Source: Geosiphon pyriformis uo1 (Eukaryota > Fungi > Glomeromycota). From it: a DNA stretch of 64,000 nt. A program made the translations under genes and the position numbers. Below, piece by piece: positions 14,839-29,295 of the stretch. The DNA lies in NCBI GenBank assembly GCA_016748015.1, contig JAAOMT010000003.1, positions 934,373 to 998,372 on the forward strand. Reading direction: 5' to 3'. Position 1 is the stretch's first letter. Each line of letters begins with the position of its first letter. The notes under the pieces are model-generated. The model made no database searches, had not been told where the DNA came from, and saw nothing but the letters and a program-made list of their open reading frames with translations.

Positions 14839-14873
<35 letters not shown>

Positions 14874-15930
14874 TGCCATGTTTGTAATGTCACATTATTA
14901 TGATTGGTTTTCAAACAAAGAATTCTACTATTTCTGATTGATCGTGCAATTAAAATATAACAAGGATTTGAAATATGAATTGTTTTCAATTCCAAAGACT
15001 CTTTTGATAATTTATTAATTATTTTTTACTAAAAAATTTTTAAATTTTTATTCAAAAAAAAAAAAATGAAAAGTTTTTCATAAATATTATTATTTAAATT
15101 TTAACTGATTTCAAGCAATATACAAAAATAAAAGATAAAAATATATGTGTCTTTTAATTTGTAATTTTATATAATTTAAAATTAATTTTTAAACTTTTTA
15201 ACTTGAAAAATAAAATAAATCAATTTTTTTTTTTTGATTGATTAATTGTTTTTTTGTTTTTTTGTTTTTTTGTTTAATTGTTTTTTTGTTTTTTTGTTCG
15301 TTTGTTTGTTCATGGTTCAAATCAATTAAAATTTTTTCAAATTTAGTAGTATGTAATAAAAATTATTTTTAAAATAATAATAATTAAATAAAATTTTTTT
15401 TTGATTTTTTTTTCTTTTTCAATTAAGTAAAAAATTTATAACTTTAGAAAAAAAAAATTTTTACCAAATTTTGACTGTTCATTTTTTTTTTAATTGAAAA
15501 AATTTTGATAATATATATATATCTATATCTATATCTAAACCATATTATTATTATTATTATTTTTATCTTATGTCTTAAAAATAAATTTGTAATAATATAT
15601 AATAACAAATATAAGCAAAAAAAAAAAAAGAAATCAATTATATAGAACAATCAATTAGAAAATATAATAAAACCTTTTTGTTTTGGATTTCAAAGCAAAA
15701 AATATAAAAATAAAAATAAATGTTTCATTGAATGTTACACCTTTTTACCTAAAATTGTTAATGATTAAAAAAAACAACAAAGGCTTAGATCAATCGAACA
15801 CGAACTTTGCATGTAACGAAGCACAAAAGAAATTTGTCTCCTATTAAAAACAATCCAAGTGATCAATTATTTCTTTTATTTAATATTTTTTGTTTCACTC
15901 TTTTACTATTTCTCCAAATAAATTTTAAAA

Positions 15931-17140
15931 ATGAAAAAAATAATGATTAATATTAAGACAAGAAAGTTGAGACGAAACTTCAAGATGATATATTTCTCCA
16001 AACTACAAGGAGTCTTTGTTTCCATTGTATTATTTGTTTCTTATTTAAAGAATGTTTCGGCAATACCTGAAATTGGGAAGCAACTCGAGAAGTGAGTCAA
16101 GATTAAAGATTGAAAATTAAAAAATTTTATGCCAATTACTAAATAATTAATTATTTCTTTAAAGTACATGGCCATACAAGGAAAACCGACTAAATTTGAT
16201 CAAAAGAGTAGTAAGCTCTACTTCAGATACAACAACAACAACAACAACAACGACAACGACAACGACAACAACAACAACAACAGCAACAGCAACAGTAACA
16301 GCAACATCAAAACCATTGGTAAACGTTAATCTCATAAAAATACTTTGTTAAATATGATTCCAAATAATAAAAAACAAATCTCTTCGTTTCTCCTGCCACT
16401 CCATATTAATAGCCAGGGTCGACACAAACTCCAGCAGTGTTGCCACCACCTCAATCAGGACAACAACAACCACAACAAACATTCCCAAATCAAAATACTG
16501 GAAACGTAAACAGACTACCGCCCTCGGCAATTGTTCCCACCTTAAATACTCAAAAAACTGTTACCACAACTCAAATGCCAGTAAATATAAACACATTGAT
16601 TCCTACTGTGATATCGAATTCTCCACCAGCAGATCCTAATATAATGTAAGTATGAACGAAATTTTTCAAATCTCCCAATTTTGATGGTTTAAATAACAAA
16701 CTTTATTTATTATTGATTGAAAATTTAGACCATCAAAAAATGAATATACAACTGTTTACACTTCAGGATACATTTCTACAGGTAATCCTCTTATATATTC
16801 TTTTTCGCTCTCTTTACAAAAAGAAAATAATTTTAATTTTCAATCATCACATTATACACAATTCGTAAATTCTGCAACTTATATAAAACCTATCTCAGTT
16901 ACAGATATTCCATCAAATAATCCCAATACTATTACTAAAACCATTTCTTCAGGTGATTATAATACAAATAATGAGACTATAAATACTGAAGGGGTAAAAC
17001 CTTCTTTTGGTCCAGGCACATTGGAAAAATCAGATGGTCATTCATTAAGGAGGAATTATTTGCTCATATATACAGTATATGAAGGGCTTTTTATTATAAG
17101 TTATGGATTATGGCTAAGTTTTAATCAGGCATTCACATAA
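15931..17140 (+). CDS. Secreted Thr/Pro-rich mucin-like protein, putative GPI anchor, 5 exons, ~280 aa (absent from ORF track as a whole)
   Basis: Exons 15931-16091, 16165-16318, 16413-16645, 16729-16781, 16899-17140 (843 nt, in frame, GT-AG). Signal-like MIYFSKLQGVFVSIVLFVSYLKNVSA (ATG 15985 may be the true start), LIKR dibasic site, poly-T tract, C-terminal SDGHSLRRNYLLIYTVYEGLFIISYGLWLSFNQAFT. Confidence 0.75.
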
Positions 17141-18066
17141 AAAGGGAATATCCACTGCTGAATGTAAATATTAATTTATCATTATGAGAATTATTTTTAA
17201 TCTTGAAAATTTTAATTTTTAAAACTAATTTCAAACATCAACTTTTTAATTAGCTTTCAAAATAGATTAATAAATTTTTAGGGAAATTTTGAAATAATAA
17301 AAATTTTCTTTTTATTGTTTTTAATTTTATTACTTAAAAAGGTGTATTAAAATTCGTAATCAAACATGAAGAATATAAAATTTCATTTTCCAAAAGTAAT
17401 TCCTGTATGTTAATTATTTCCAAACTCATTTTTTCGGTAAAACTTTTTCTATAAAGTTAATTGTAAATTTAGCCTCAACTAAAATTTTAAATGATTATTT
17501 GAAAAGCACATTTTCTTGTGAAGTTTTACTTGGCCAAAATTTTTTGTCAAACTGAGCTGTGAATACATTGATTTTGAGAGAGTAAAAGAAGTTGGTTTAA
17601 CAGTTCTATACATTAAAAATATGTTTCCATAATCTTTTTTGTTTTTCTGTTTTGACATTCAAGAATATTTTTATTTTAGTCTCTAGCCTTATATGTAATT
17701 TGTTTAAGATTATTAATTATTAATTATTATTTATATTAATTTAAGACGTGGTTTTTTTTTGTCCTTTCAAACGCTACTAGTTAAAGATGATTATTCACAT
17801 ATTCTATTTCAACCCTGAATTTTTCTGCATCACACAATATAAATATAAATATAAATATAAATATAAATGTAAATGTAAATGTATCTTGAATTTATGCAGC
17901 CCAAAAAAGCGAACAAATTTTAAACATAAAAATTTTATTGGCTTTTTCTTAATTTACATTGCCTTTCTTTTAATTAATTTTGAAAATTTCATAAATCAAA
18001 GGGGAATTTTCTATTTTCTTTTTTTGTTCAAATGCTTGATAAGTATAAATTTTTTTTCCGTCCTTG

Positions 18067-18100
<34 letters not shown>

Positions 18101-20484
18101 TTAGCTAGATTATTATGTATTAAACCACGACATGATATCCTTTTTTCTTAAAAACCATTGATTTTTGACCATTTTTAAAACTTTCTGCTCCATGCCGTCA
18201 AAAAAATTTGTTCAACATGTGTCTAAATCAAAAAAAATTTTTTTTTTTTTGATATCTTTTGTATGGAATACAATGATTTACAAACAAAACATTCTCCTAA
18301 CTCTTGGCATATAATTTAATTTAATTACTGGTTACTGGTTAATTGGTTACCTATAAGATCAGATTATAAAGCTAAAAATGAGAGTAAGTACAATATGAGT
18401 ACTTTTTTTATTTAAAATTGTCTTAAACGGTTAGAATTAAAAAAAAAATAGTTGATTACTTTAAAAGAAATAATAGTGGTCGGGGAAATCTATTATTGAT
18501 CAACTTTCTGAACGTCAAATTTTCTGAAAAAATAAAATAAAAAATAAAAAATGCAGCAATAAAAAACATGCCAAAACATCAAAAAATCCAAACTTCAATG
18601 TCCATCAAAATTTTAATGAAAACTCTCAAAAAAACCCTCCCCCTCCCCAATATTAAATCCTATATAATGCGTAAAAAGTCGATGATTAATCAAGTAAACC
18701 GCTAAATTTGGCTGAAATTTACAAGCATTAGACCAAGCACCGATTCTTATGGAAAATCTCCGTGTATGATAAGATAAAAAGTGAGTTTCACAAACCTGAT
18801 CATACACGAGCGACCGTTAAAAATGAACACAAATCTATCATGGTATGGATATTTACCCCTCACGTATAACTGGTGAAGCGATATTCCAGAAAGATAATGC
18901 TCCGATTCACAAGTAAAATCTTGTGAAATATTAATGATATCATAATATTTTAATACCAAAATTAGCCGAATCTCGCAGCTATAAGCCACTACCTTTTGCC
19001 GAATTACTTGATTTTAACATCTCTTCTGTAACTTCAAAAAGTGTTTGTAACTTTTGATTAATTAATAATTCAAAAGATATAAATTAAATATACATCCATT
19101 TTCTTATCAAAGAAATAAACAAGAAATGATACACTCTAAAATAATTAATTTATTTTATTTTCTAGTTTTCTTAATAAATGTTTAAAGAAAATCATTACAT
19201 TATCTTTGAACATGATAAGTAAAATTCAATTATTTCTAAATGAAAATTACCCAAGAAAACCTTTTATATTCATATTATTCAATAAATCATTATTTTTTTT
19301 TTTTTGAAAATTTTTTTGAAAATTTCAATTTTTATAAATATTTGTCTGAAAATTAATATATCTAAAATAAGTTTTTAAACATTCATTTTATTAATTAATT
19401 AATTATTATTATTTTTAATTTTATTGAAGAAAATTAAATTTTCATAACACTAATTTCAAATATCAAAAGATCAATTAAAGAAATAAATTTATATTTGGAT
19501 AATTTTATTTGAGAATATTTTTATTATTGAAAAAAAAGAAATGATCCTTTAAACTCCAATATTATTTATTTCATGTAACCATGAGTTTTTTCAAACAGTT
19601 CTCCGATTTTTTGACATGTTAGCTATCGAGAGTCTAAACAAACAAGTCATATATATATATATATATTTCAAAAGCTTCTGTCTATAAATAATCATGTACA
19701 TGTAATTCGAATTGTTAGTAAGCATGTCTAACGGAAAAAATATTACAGAGCTTTCATTTATATGGCGTCAGTAATTATAACTTATTTCCGCAATCACGAG
19801 CCACTTTTTAAACCTGAATCGTCAAATTATTCTACATACTTTGATAATTTTCATTCATATCATTATTTTTCAATGATTCAGAACACAAGATAATATATTA
19901 AAGAAAGAATATACACATGCTGTTGAGATAATACAAAATTTCAATAATGAGAGTTTGCTGATCAAAGCTCTTTAAAACTTATTCTTGTTTCGGGGCTTAA
20001 AGAGCAAAGACAATTAGGTGTAAGTTCAGCATAATTTGATGTTAACGTTTGATTATTGGTCACATATTGTTATACAATAAACATCCCTAATTGTGGCAGG
20101 ACACTGTTACCACCTGAGCCCCAATGGCCGAAAGTCCATATACAATACAATACAATACAATTTCAATTCAATTCAATTCAAATCAAATCAGACGTACATT
20201 TCACTTGAAACCCATTTGAAATGGTTTTTGTTTCTTAAACAGCTATGTATCAAATTAATTTCCGGCTTTTCCACACTTCTAATTAGGTACAATAAAGAAA
20301 TTTATATTTATATTTAATGTCAGTAGGCTAGCGTGTTTTCTTTGAAATCCCCACTTTTCTCACACATACAACTTTCTGTTCAAATTTCTCTGCCACACAC
20401 AAGCACACAACCAATTTTTCCCATCAAAAAAAAAATTTTTTTTCCGTACTTTCTACTACTCTGATCATTTATATATTGGCTAAG

Positions 20485-21795
20485 ATGATATCTCAGAAAA
20501 AAAAATTTTCCTTATTTTATTCTTTGATTGGTTTCTTTACAATTTTTCACACAAGTTCAGCTTATATACCAGAATTAGCACCGCAAGAACAAATTTTTCA
20601 CGAAACTTATCCTGAAGATACGTTAGATTTCTCGGTTATTGGTGATTGGGGTGCAAAATCGCGGGAACAATCTTTAGTTGCTAACGCGTTAGAAATATAC
20701 GCTAATAGATTTGATAGTAAATTTATAGTGAACGTTGGTGGTAGGTTAAATGAACTTTTAAAAAACCTAGAAACTTTCAAATATTCTTCGACTCTTTAAC
20801 TTAACCTTTTGTCCTATTCTCATATTTACAGATAGTTTTTACAAGGATGGAAATTATACTTACGATGGTGTGTCCAATGAAAATGACGAAAAATTTCAAA
20901 AGGTTTGGAAAGATGTTTATAATGGCACACTAGGAAAAATTCCGTGGTATAGCGTCGCTGGAAATCATGATTGGTTCGTATGATTTGAAAAGATTCTTTT
21001 CGCAATATATAAATTTTGCTTTAAAAAGTCTTTTACTTATCTTTTCAATGTTTTAATTATGTTATTTTATTTTTCAGGTATAATAACGTCACAGCGGAAG
21101 TCGATTATAGCTTACATAAAGACGCTCGTTTTTTCCTTCCTTCTCTATTCTATGTTCGACAAACAACTTTTGGCCCAGATAAAACAAAAATCGCATGGAT
21201 CCATATTGATACCAACACTCTCTTTTACGACTATTCTAAAATGAAAGCTAAATTCCCTGAGGTGTATGCGATAATGACTGATATGGGCTGGGGAACGGAA
21301 GAAGGAAAAGAAAAGATATTTAAATGGATTGAAGCTCAATTAGCTCTTAGTCAAGACGCTAAATGGATATTTGTTGTTGGACATCATCCACTCATTGGTG
21401 GTTGTGCAAATAACGGAGTGATGACGAGATTGCCCCCAATTTTTGATAATTATCACGTAGACGCTTATTTCTCGGGACATGAGCATTCATTAGCCTATCA
21501 AGCTCCAAACAATACATATCATTTTGCCGACTTCTTGTCCGGTGCTGGCTCCAAACTAGAAGGGATTTGCGTTCCAAACGATTTTGGATTGATTAAACCT
21601 GGCTTCGTTCATATAAGTATTTCGGATAAGGATGATAAGTTAGATTTTCAATATGTGGACGTATCAGATGAAACAATTAATGGGGGAACAGTCGTTTATC
21701 ACGGAACATTAAAGCCCAGATCCCAAAAGAAAGAAAAGACATCTAAAAGAGCGAAACCTAAAACGTCAAAAAAATCGAAACCTAAAAAAGTCTAG
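20485..21795 (+). CDS. Secreted purple acid phosphatase / tartrate-resistant acid phosphatase-like metallophosphoesterase, 3 exons, ~371 aa
   Basis: Exons 20485-20740, 20832-20973, 21078-21795 (1116 nt). Full PAP signature: GDWG, GDSFY (across intron 1), GNHDW, VGHHP, GHEH. N-terminal signal peptide; Lys-rich tail. Confidence 0.92.
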
Positions 21796-23729
21796 GAAAT
21801 TTTCAAGTTTCTTAAAATCAAACGAGTTCTAAATCATTTTATTCTTTAATAATCATAATTTAGGTGGGATTTTAAATCGTTTTTCCCTTAAACTAATTAT
21901 ATTTTCTCGTAAATTTAGGACGTTTATAATCAATAAATGCTAAAAAATCCCCCCTCTGTAAAGTATTTAGAAATAAAAAATGTGTTACCACTTTTTACAT
22001 AAAATTTCAAATTTATTTTGCAGTCAATAGATGGCTTTAAAAGTCTGTTCATAATTTAATTTTTGATCGTTTTCAAAAACTTTAAATGGTATGAAAGCTC
22101 CCACATTATATGAAGCTGTGCCTTATTTTTGGAATACGAATATAATGATTTGAATGTTTCAGATGAGGCATTAAAAAAAAATTGTAAAAGATTTAGGTTT
22201 TTTTTTAAATTGCGTTTGATGATGAAGCTTCCTCACCTGAATAATTAAGACATTATTTTTAAAACTGATCTCTGTGATCACTAAAATTTTATAAATCCTA
22301 TCAAAAGAAAAAAAAAAGCATGTGCAAGGACTCTGTAAAATGAACTTGCTGGATTATATTCACTAGTTCTAATGCTCTTTGTTATTATTGTTTCATAATG
22401 TAATTACGCTTTAGCTTGATTATTTTAATTGGGCACAGCCCAGAACAAATTCTATGTTTGATGATTCATTCAATGAATATATCGGTTTGTCAACGCTGTT
22501 GGCTGGGGTCAAATAGAGTAAGTTATTACTGCCTTTTTTTGTTTTGTGTATTGATGTTACCTAATTTTGTCTTTTTGTATAGCCCACTTTTGCGATAAAG
22601 GCATGTCTCCAGGTCTTAGCCTTTCTCGTGCCAAGTAATTTCTTTCAGAGAAAGAAGTCAATTGTCTAATGAGTATCGCCAGGCGTGTTGTTCACGAAGC
22701 AAAAGAAAATTAATCAAATCCTTTTTATAAGCATGATAGAACCAATTTTTCTTAAAATTGAAAAAATTGTTATTTTTTCACTGGATATGAGGTTGTAGAA
22801 GGTATCCCAAAACTAATTAATGATTTATCCAGTATTAACAATAGTCATGATAAAAGAGATCTTTTTTTATGCTCAGCCAAGAAAAAACCATTATTTGAAA
22901 CTTGAATTCATTGCAGTCATTTTTGGTCAACTAGGGATTGGATCATCCCTTTTTGCAAGATATCGTTTATTGGAGCTTTACCTGTTATAAATTCCAGAGA
23001 TTTTATTTTCAGAAATCATGTGATTGAATATTTGATTGCACCTAAGAATTGTGAATGGACAGATTCAATTTCTGTAACCCTGGTAACTGATGGTAAAAGG
23101 AACATCAGTACATTTTGGGCCTTCAAAGATTAGAATAAATTTTTACCCTGTATTGGAGATTTCAGAATACAAATTTAAACATATGGCTTCAAGCTAATTT
23201 TTTAAACCAATTATTTTTAAAATACCGTATATGACCGAAAATAGGTAACCCTCGAAAATAAGAAACTTTGAGTTTTAAAAATTTAATAAAATAATATAAT
23301 TTAAAATTTATTAATATCACTTGTACTACTATGTAGGCGAAAGATTCGAAAACAAACTTTCTCGTTTTAGAGGGCTTGATGATCACCAAAATAGGTTTCT
23401 TATTTCCGGGTCATATACTGTACTATTTTTTCTTCAGTTTTAAATTACTAGGTCGTTCAAAATTTAGCTTTTGGACTCTTTTTGCGGGCATATTTCAAAT
23501 ACCTTATTCCTTTCTAAACTATTATCAGCTACCCTATTTCGAAATTCATCACCAATATCAGGTACAGAACTTATTTGTGAAACAGTACGATTATTAATGA
23601 GAACAATCTTAAGATAATAGCTATTTAGAAACTTGTTTTCAGGTATTAAAATTATAATTTACGATTCGAAATCGAAGTTACGAAAATATTTGAAATCAAC
23701 TTATTTATTTATCTAAATATTTTTAAGGA

Positions 23730-24389
23730 ATGGAATCGATGAAAGAATTATTAAAATTATTCAATTCAGCAGCTGATCCAGGCCCCATTAAAAGGCACTT
23801 GCGTAGAAAAATATATAAATGGCTAAATTCTAAAAACATGGAAGCAGAACAGATCTTTAAACAACTTTTGAAAATTGCACCATCCAATCCCGAATACGCT
23901 TGTCTACTTGGATTCTGCTATCGCTATGGAGTAGGCACACGAATTCATCACAAAGCAATGTTAGACTGGTATAAAGTGTCGGCACAATCCGGGGACTTGT
24001 ATGGGCAAAGTCAACTTGGATGGTGTTATCGAGCAGGAATTTGGATTGAGGAGGATTCAAAAATAGCCTTTTATTGGACATTGAAATCAGCCGAGGGGGG
24101 ATGTCCGTGTGGGGCATGTGATGTTGCATATTGTTATCGAAAAGGTATTGGGACGAAGATTGACAAGAGAAAGTCATTTTTGTGGTATATAAGATCTGCT
24201 AAAAGTGGTGTTGCCACTGCGCAATTAGATTTAGCAAGATGTCACAGGTATTGTCGGGGGACGGAACGAGATGTGCATAAGGCTTTATTTTGGTATCGAA
24301 AGGCGATTCAGCGTGGGTATCCATACTGGAAAGCAGAATTCAAGGACCTTTTGAATGGCATGATTGATATGAAGAATAGGTGCTTTTGA
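23730..24389 (+). CDS. Sel1-like repeat (SLR) protein
   Basis: About four ~36-aa repeats: LGFCYRYGVGT, LGWCYRAGIWI..AFYW..SA, VAYCYRKGIGT..SFLWY..SA, LARCHRYCRGT..ALFWYRKA. Confidence 0.9.
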   Translation: MESMKELLKLFNSAADPGPIKRHLRRKIYKWLNSKNMEAEQIFKQLLKIAPSNPEYACLLGFCYRYGVGTRIHHKAMLDWYKVSAQSGDLYGQSQLGWCYRAGIWIEEDSKIAFYWTLKSAEGGCPCGACDVAYCYRKGIGTKIDKRKSFLWYIRSAKSGVATAQLDLARCHRYCRGTERDVHKALFWYRKAIQRGYPYWKAEFKDLLNGMIDMKNRCF

Positions 24390-25850
24390 AAGATTGAAGT
24401 TCCATCTATTATAAGGGATTCTTTCCTCCTATAGATTTTCTGAATATGATTTATTGTGATTCTTCTGATGAAATTACAATAAAAGAATCTTCATCTATTT
24501 TACTGGAACCCTAAATATATAAAATATTTATCCTGCTTTTCAAAGACAATCAACCCTCTTATAGTTTTCCATATATTTAAGAATCATATTATCTTGAAGT
24601 TTTCTTTGATATTTTCCCTTAGATATTGTGGGTGGGAATGGAAACGCTGAAAATTTTCATACATAAAATCTAAAAAAAATAAATCTGTTGAATAATATCT
24701 TTCAAAACATTGCTTCTTTAACAGAAAATAAGGAACTGATTTCCGGCTTGAATATTATAAGGCAATATTTTCCCAATTTTAAGGAAAGAAAGCTTTCTAT
24801 TTTATGGAAATCTGTATTGAACGAATGGTTGTACGGCTACGGGTTTATATATATAAACAGTTAGTTCGCGGCAAACGTATCGATATTATGTTTGCAGAAA
24901 AATCATAATTCCGAAAGATTTCACATTATGAAAGTTTCGTTATTCAGATTTTTTTATTTGAAAGTTTTAAACTTTCTCAAAATTCTATAAAGGGTTCATT
25001 TTTAATTATAATTTTTATTAATTATAGTTTCCTTAAAATTTGCTTTGATTTCATGCTTTTTAATAAAATATTTTCTATAAATATATTGTATTATAGTTTT
25101 TAATAATTTTACAAATTGAAATTTAAAAATGTTTTTAGCAAAATTTTGTAACTATTTATTATTATTATTATTATAAATGTAGTTTTAATAACATCAAAAT
25201 GTCATTCAACAAAATTGATTCAATATATGTCACATAACATAATCGATTATATCCCAAAAATTTATATATTAACAGCTATATGCTAATTTTGGATTTAATT
25301 GTCTGTTTTATATATGGTTTAATGTAATTTAGTTAACAGGTTTTTCAATCCTATAAATTACATTTGTCTAAAATTTTCAAACTTAACATATTAACCACAA
25401 AATTTTTATTAACAATCAAATCACTCTTTTTCAAGTTCATTTTTATTTTAGTTAAAGGAATTCAAATTTTTTTATAATACATTATTATAAAATTTTTTAA
25501 CTAAATTTTCAATTTTAACTTCTACTATTTTAGCATTTTTAAAAAATCTCAGTAATTCAATATGCAAATTTTTTAACCAAAATTGTGTACATGCTTATAT
25601 TAATACATATTTCCATATTTTTATACAAAAGTATTAGATTCCTTTAATTCTGGAAAATTATAGAATTATATTGGTATGTTTAAATTAAAAATTACCAAAT
25701 ATTTCAATAATTACTTTTAATGTCAACTTTTGTATTAGTATTTATATAGCAAACAAATATGTAATTTAATAATTATACTTTATTACACTTGGGACATCTT
25801 ATTATTAATTTAGTTTTAATTAATATTTTATAAATTACATTAATTATTCA

Positions 25851-25894
<44 letters not shown>

Positions 25895-27144
25895 AATATT
25901 TAAAATTTTTACATTAATTTACAAATCTAACTAAAATTTTATAATTAGATAATATACATAGACATTTAATTTACATGTATCAATATAAAAAATTAAACAT
26001 AAAATTGATTCATTATTATGTTAATTGAAAATATGTAGTTGTTAAAAAGAAAGTTTTTGTAGCTGGATGAAAAGTATAATTAATTACACGATTAATAATA
26101 AACTATTTTATTAGTAGTTGGTTAATAATTTTATTGATCATTAACTATTTTTTGCCCAAATTTAATTATTGAAAATTTTTTTTCCTTTGATAATTTAAAA
26201 ATTCTTTACTTTTTTATCATTTGAACTTGTTAATACCTTTGAAAAAAAAATTTAATTCATCTACAAAATGAAATAAAAAAAGTTTATATTAATTTACATT
26301 TATCAGATATAAAAATCGGTAAATATTTGTCTTGAAAAAATTATTTGATTTTTCTATACTGATCACAAAATTATTCTGTTTTTTATCTTGATCATTTATT
26401 GAACTTACTCATATATATTAATTTTTGTGGTATACATGTACCGAATAAAAAAAGAAATAATATCTCTTTTGTCCTTCTTATATAGATGAAATAGCGGTTA
26501 ATGATTATGAGCTTTAATAAGATCATGGTTGGAAGTGGAAAATTGTGTGATCAATAAAATTATTCTTTATTGAAGTGTTCAGAAGGATGATTTATATATA
26601 TTCACATTTGTGAAAGATTCTTTGAGGCAAAGCAAAGTATTTATTCAAATTAATTCCTTTGAGATCAGAAAATTGATTGGATTAATAAAATTAATTTCAT
26701 AAAGTATGAATATTATTCACTAGAGAGATATCTTCTATAAACCTAAATTTTAATTATCCATTGTGGCTGTGAATAATATTTTGCAATAAAATCCCAACGT
26801 TATAATTGAGTTCTTTAAAATAATTGGAGAAAAAAAATTACAAAGCTCTTATTAATTCAATTTTTACTGTAATTGAAAGGTGCTGGGCAAAGAATTTTTT
26901 TTTGAAAATTTATAAATTAAAAATCAATAAACGAAATTGTTTTGCATTAAAAACATGGATTTAAAGATGTCCTTTATTGGTAACAAAGTGGTGGTAGTGG
27001 TATCAGCATTTTGAGAGGTTATCTCAGAAAAGAGAAAGGTAGAAAAAGAAAAAGTTGGGGTAATTTTTTCGCAATTTTGAACCTGATAAGCTTTATTGAC
27101 AGGCATCCTTTTCATTTTTTGCATTTTGTTTTGGAAGTGTAACT

Positions 27145-28080
27145 TTGACATTGAAGCCTGCACTGTTTTCCGCCTCTATCTTCTGCCTTTTTTTCACATC
27201 CCATTTCTTGCACGAGCTTCACCTTTTTACTTTTTTCACCCACAATTTTGAATTTTTCTCTCATTCGAGTTTTCATGGGATATTTCACCGAAATAGAAAT
27301 CCACAACTGACGATCTTCAGTCACATTAAAGAAGATTTTCGCACCATATCCTAAAGCAAAATTTTCGACAAAATCAACAAAGACCTCAAGCAAATTAAAA
27401 ATACATCTATTGCTAACACATACAAAATCAAAGCAAAGTAGATTATTGACAATTGGCAAGTATATGATCGTTTCTTGGAAGTAATTATGGAGGATAAAGC
27501 CTCATTTTTCTACGGATGAGGCTAAAGAAAGGCAAAGAAGCTGGCATATGGCCAAGCCAGAACGCTGGTGAACTGCGCCCCTCCAATTCTTGATATTCTG
27601 TTATGGTTCTTTGCATTTTATTAATTCACTTTTAACAAAGAATGGACGAAATCAATAAAGGAGTCAAACAAGATTAATAAAATCAAGCACAGTATTCAAA
27701 TACTACAGGGAAGCTGGGAAGGTGTACTTTATTCCGGGTATTAGCCAGAAACTAATCCTCTTTTTTTTACACATATATGGATAGATGAGAGGTACCATGA
27801 TGAAGCAGTTTATACTGCAGTTTTTTTTCTTCCCTCTATTGTTTTTTTTATTAGTCATTCTGCAGCTTAACAAAATATAAAACATGCTCCTTTTGACAAC
27901 CTTCTGTGAAAAAAGCTTGCTTAAATATTCATAAAGGTAGTTGTCACATTTCTCTTTGAACCCAGTTTTGATAAGCATCATTTTTTCTTGTTTCACATTT
28001 ATGGTTTGGCTAATTTGGTGGAATTGCTTAGAACCATTGAGTGGATAACAAAAAGTAAAGGAATACACACTTTTGAAAAA
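27145..28080 (+). pseudogene. Possible degenerate coding sequence of unknown family
   Basis: One plus-strand frame runs ~310 codons with only about nine stops by my count. The region is a less AT-rich island between AT-rich zones. No family recognised. Confidence 0.3.
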
Positions 28081-29190
28081 AAAACTTTTGTGAGCTTGTT
28101 TTTTACTTTGTAAAAATTGAGATCACTTTGGTCTTAGCGCACATGTTAAAATGCAGAAGAGACAATAAAATCAAAGCCAAAGATGATCATAAAAAGAGCA
28201 AAAAAAAATTGCTTGGCAAGCGTAAGGATAATCACATTAGCTAAAAAAAGATTGAAATTCACAAAGCACTTTACTTAATACAGATAATTTGTCGCAGCTT
28301 CTTTTTTAGTATCTATTTGTTGCTTTCAATTTTAGGAAGCAGAATAACTTTATCAGTTAAGAGTTTTTAGTTTTAGAAACTAACAAATTTATATTAGTAA
28401 TTTTAAAGATTTATAATTTATATTAAAAAATTGATTTAACTGAAATAATAATGCACCATTTAAAATTTTAAGATTCAAAATAAAAATTAGCATTGGTTAC
28501 AAATTATTATTTATTTAAAGTTAAATATTAATTCTGAACAAAATGATCATTAAAATTAATATTAATAAAATATATTTCTTAAGACTTTTGTATTTAATTT
28601 CATTAAAAACATTATTAAGTTTAGTATTTAATTTGTTCTATCAAAATATTAAAAAAAATGGTTTTAAAATATATTTTTTAAAATTTTTAAATCAAAAATT
28701 AAATATTTGTATTAGTTTGGAATATTAATAGTTTTTCAACAACAAAAAAACAACAACAATAATTTATGTTATGCAAAAATGATTATTTCTTAAACACCAA
28801 ACATTATATCAAAAGGATCTGATAAATTATAAAACATTTAATGAATTATTATTTTAAATTTTCAGATATAAATGTGTTTATTTTTTTTATTTAGGTATCG
28901 AAAAACACATGTTATTATTACTTATTATATATTACCGGTTTATCGTTTTTTAATATATATATATATATACCATAAATGAATGCGATCTTTTTATAATTTT
29001 TAAAAAATCAAAATATGATCTTAGGAGAGTTTTTCTTGATCTATTGTATCATTGTATTATTGTATATCAATTTTAAAAAATTCATCCTTCATAAATATTT
29101 ATATAATTAAAACGATTTGTAACATGATAATTTAATAAAAAAGATATTAAAAGTTTAGAAAATAAAAATAAAAAAAGAAAATAAGGGAGA

Positions 29191-29295
29191 TTAATTAAAT
29201 TAAATTAAATTAAATTAAATTAATTAATCATTCAATCATTCAATCATTCAATCATTCAATCATTCTATCATTCTATCATTCTATCATTCTATAAA
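29191..29295. repeat. Compound microsatellite (TTAAA)n + (TCATTCAA/TCATTCTA)n
   Basis: Tandem units seen directly. Confidence 0.85.
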
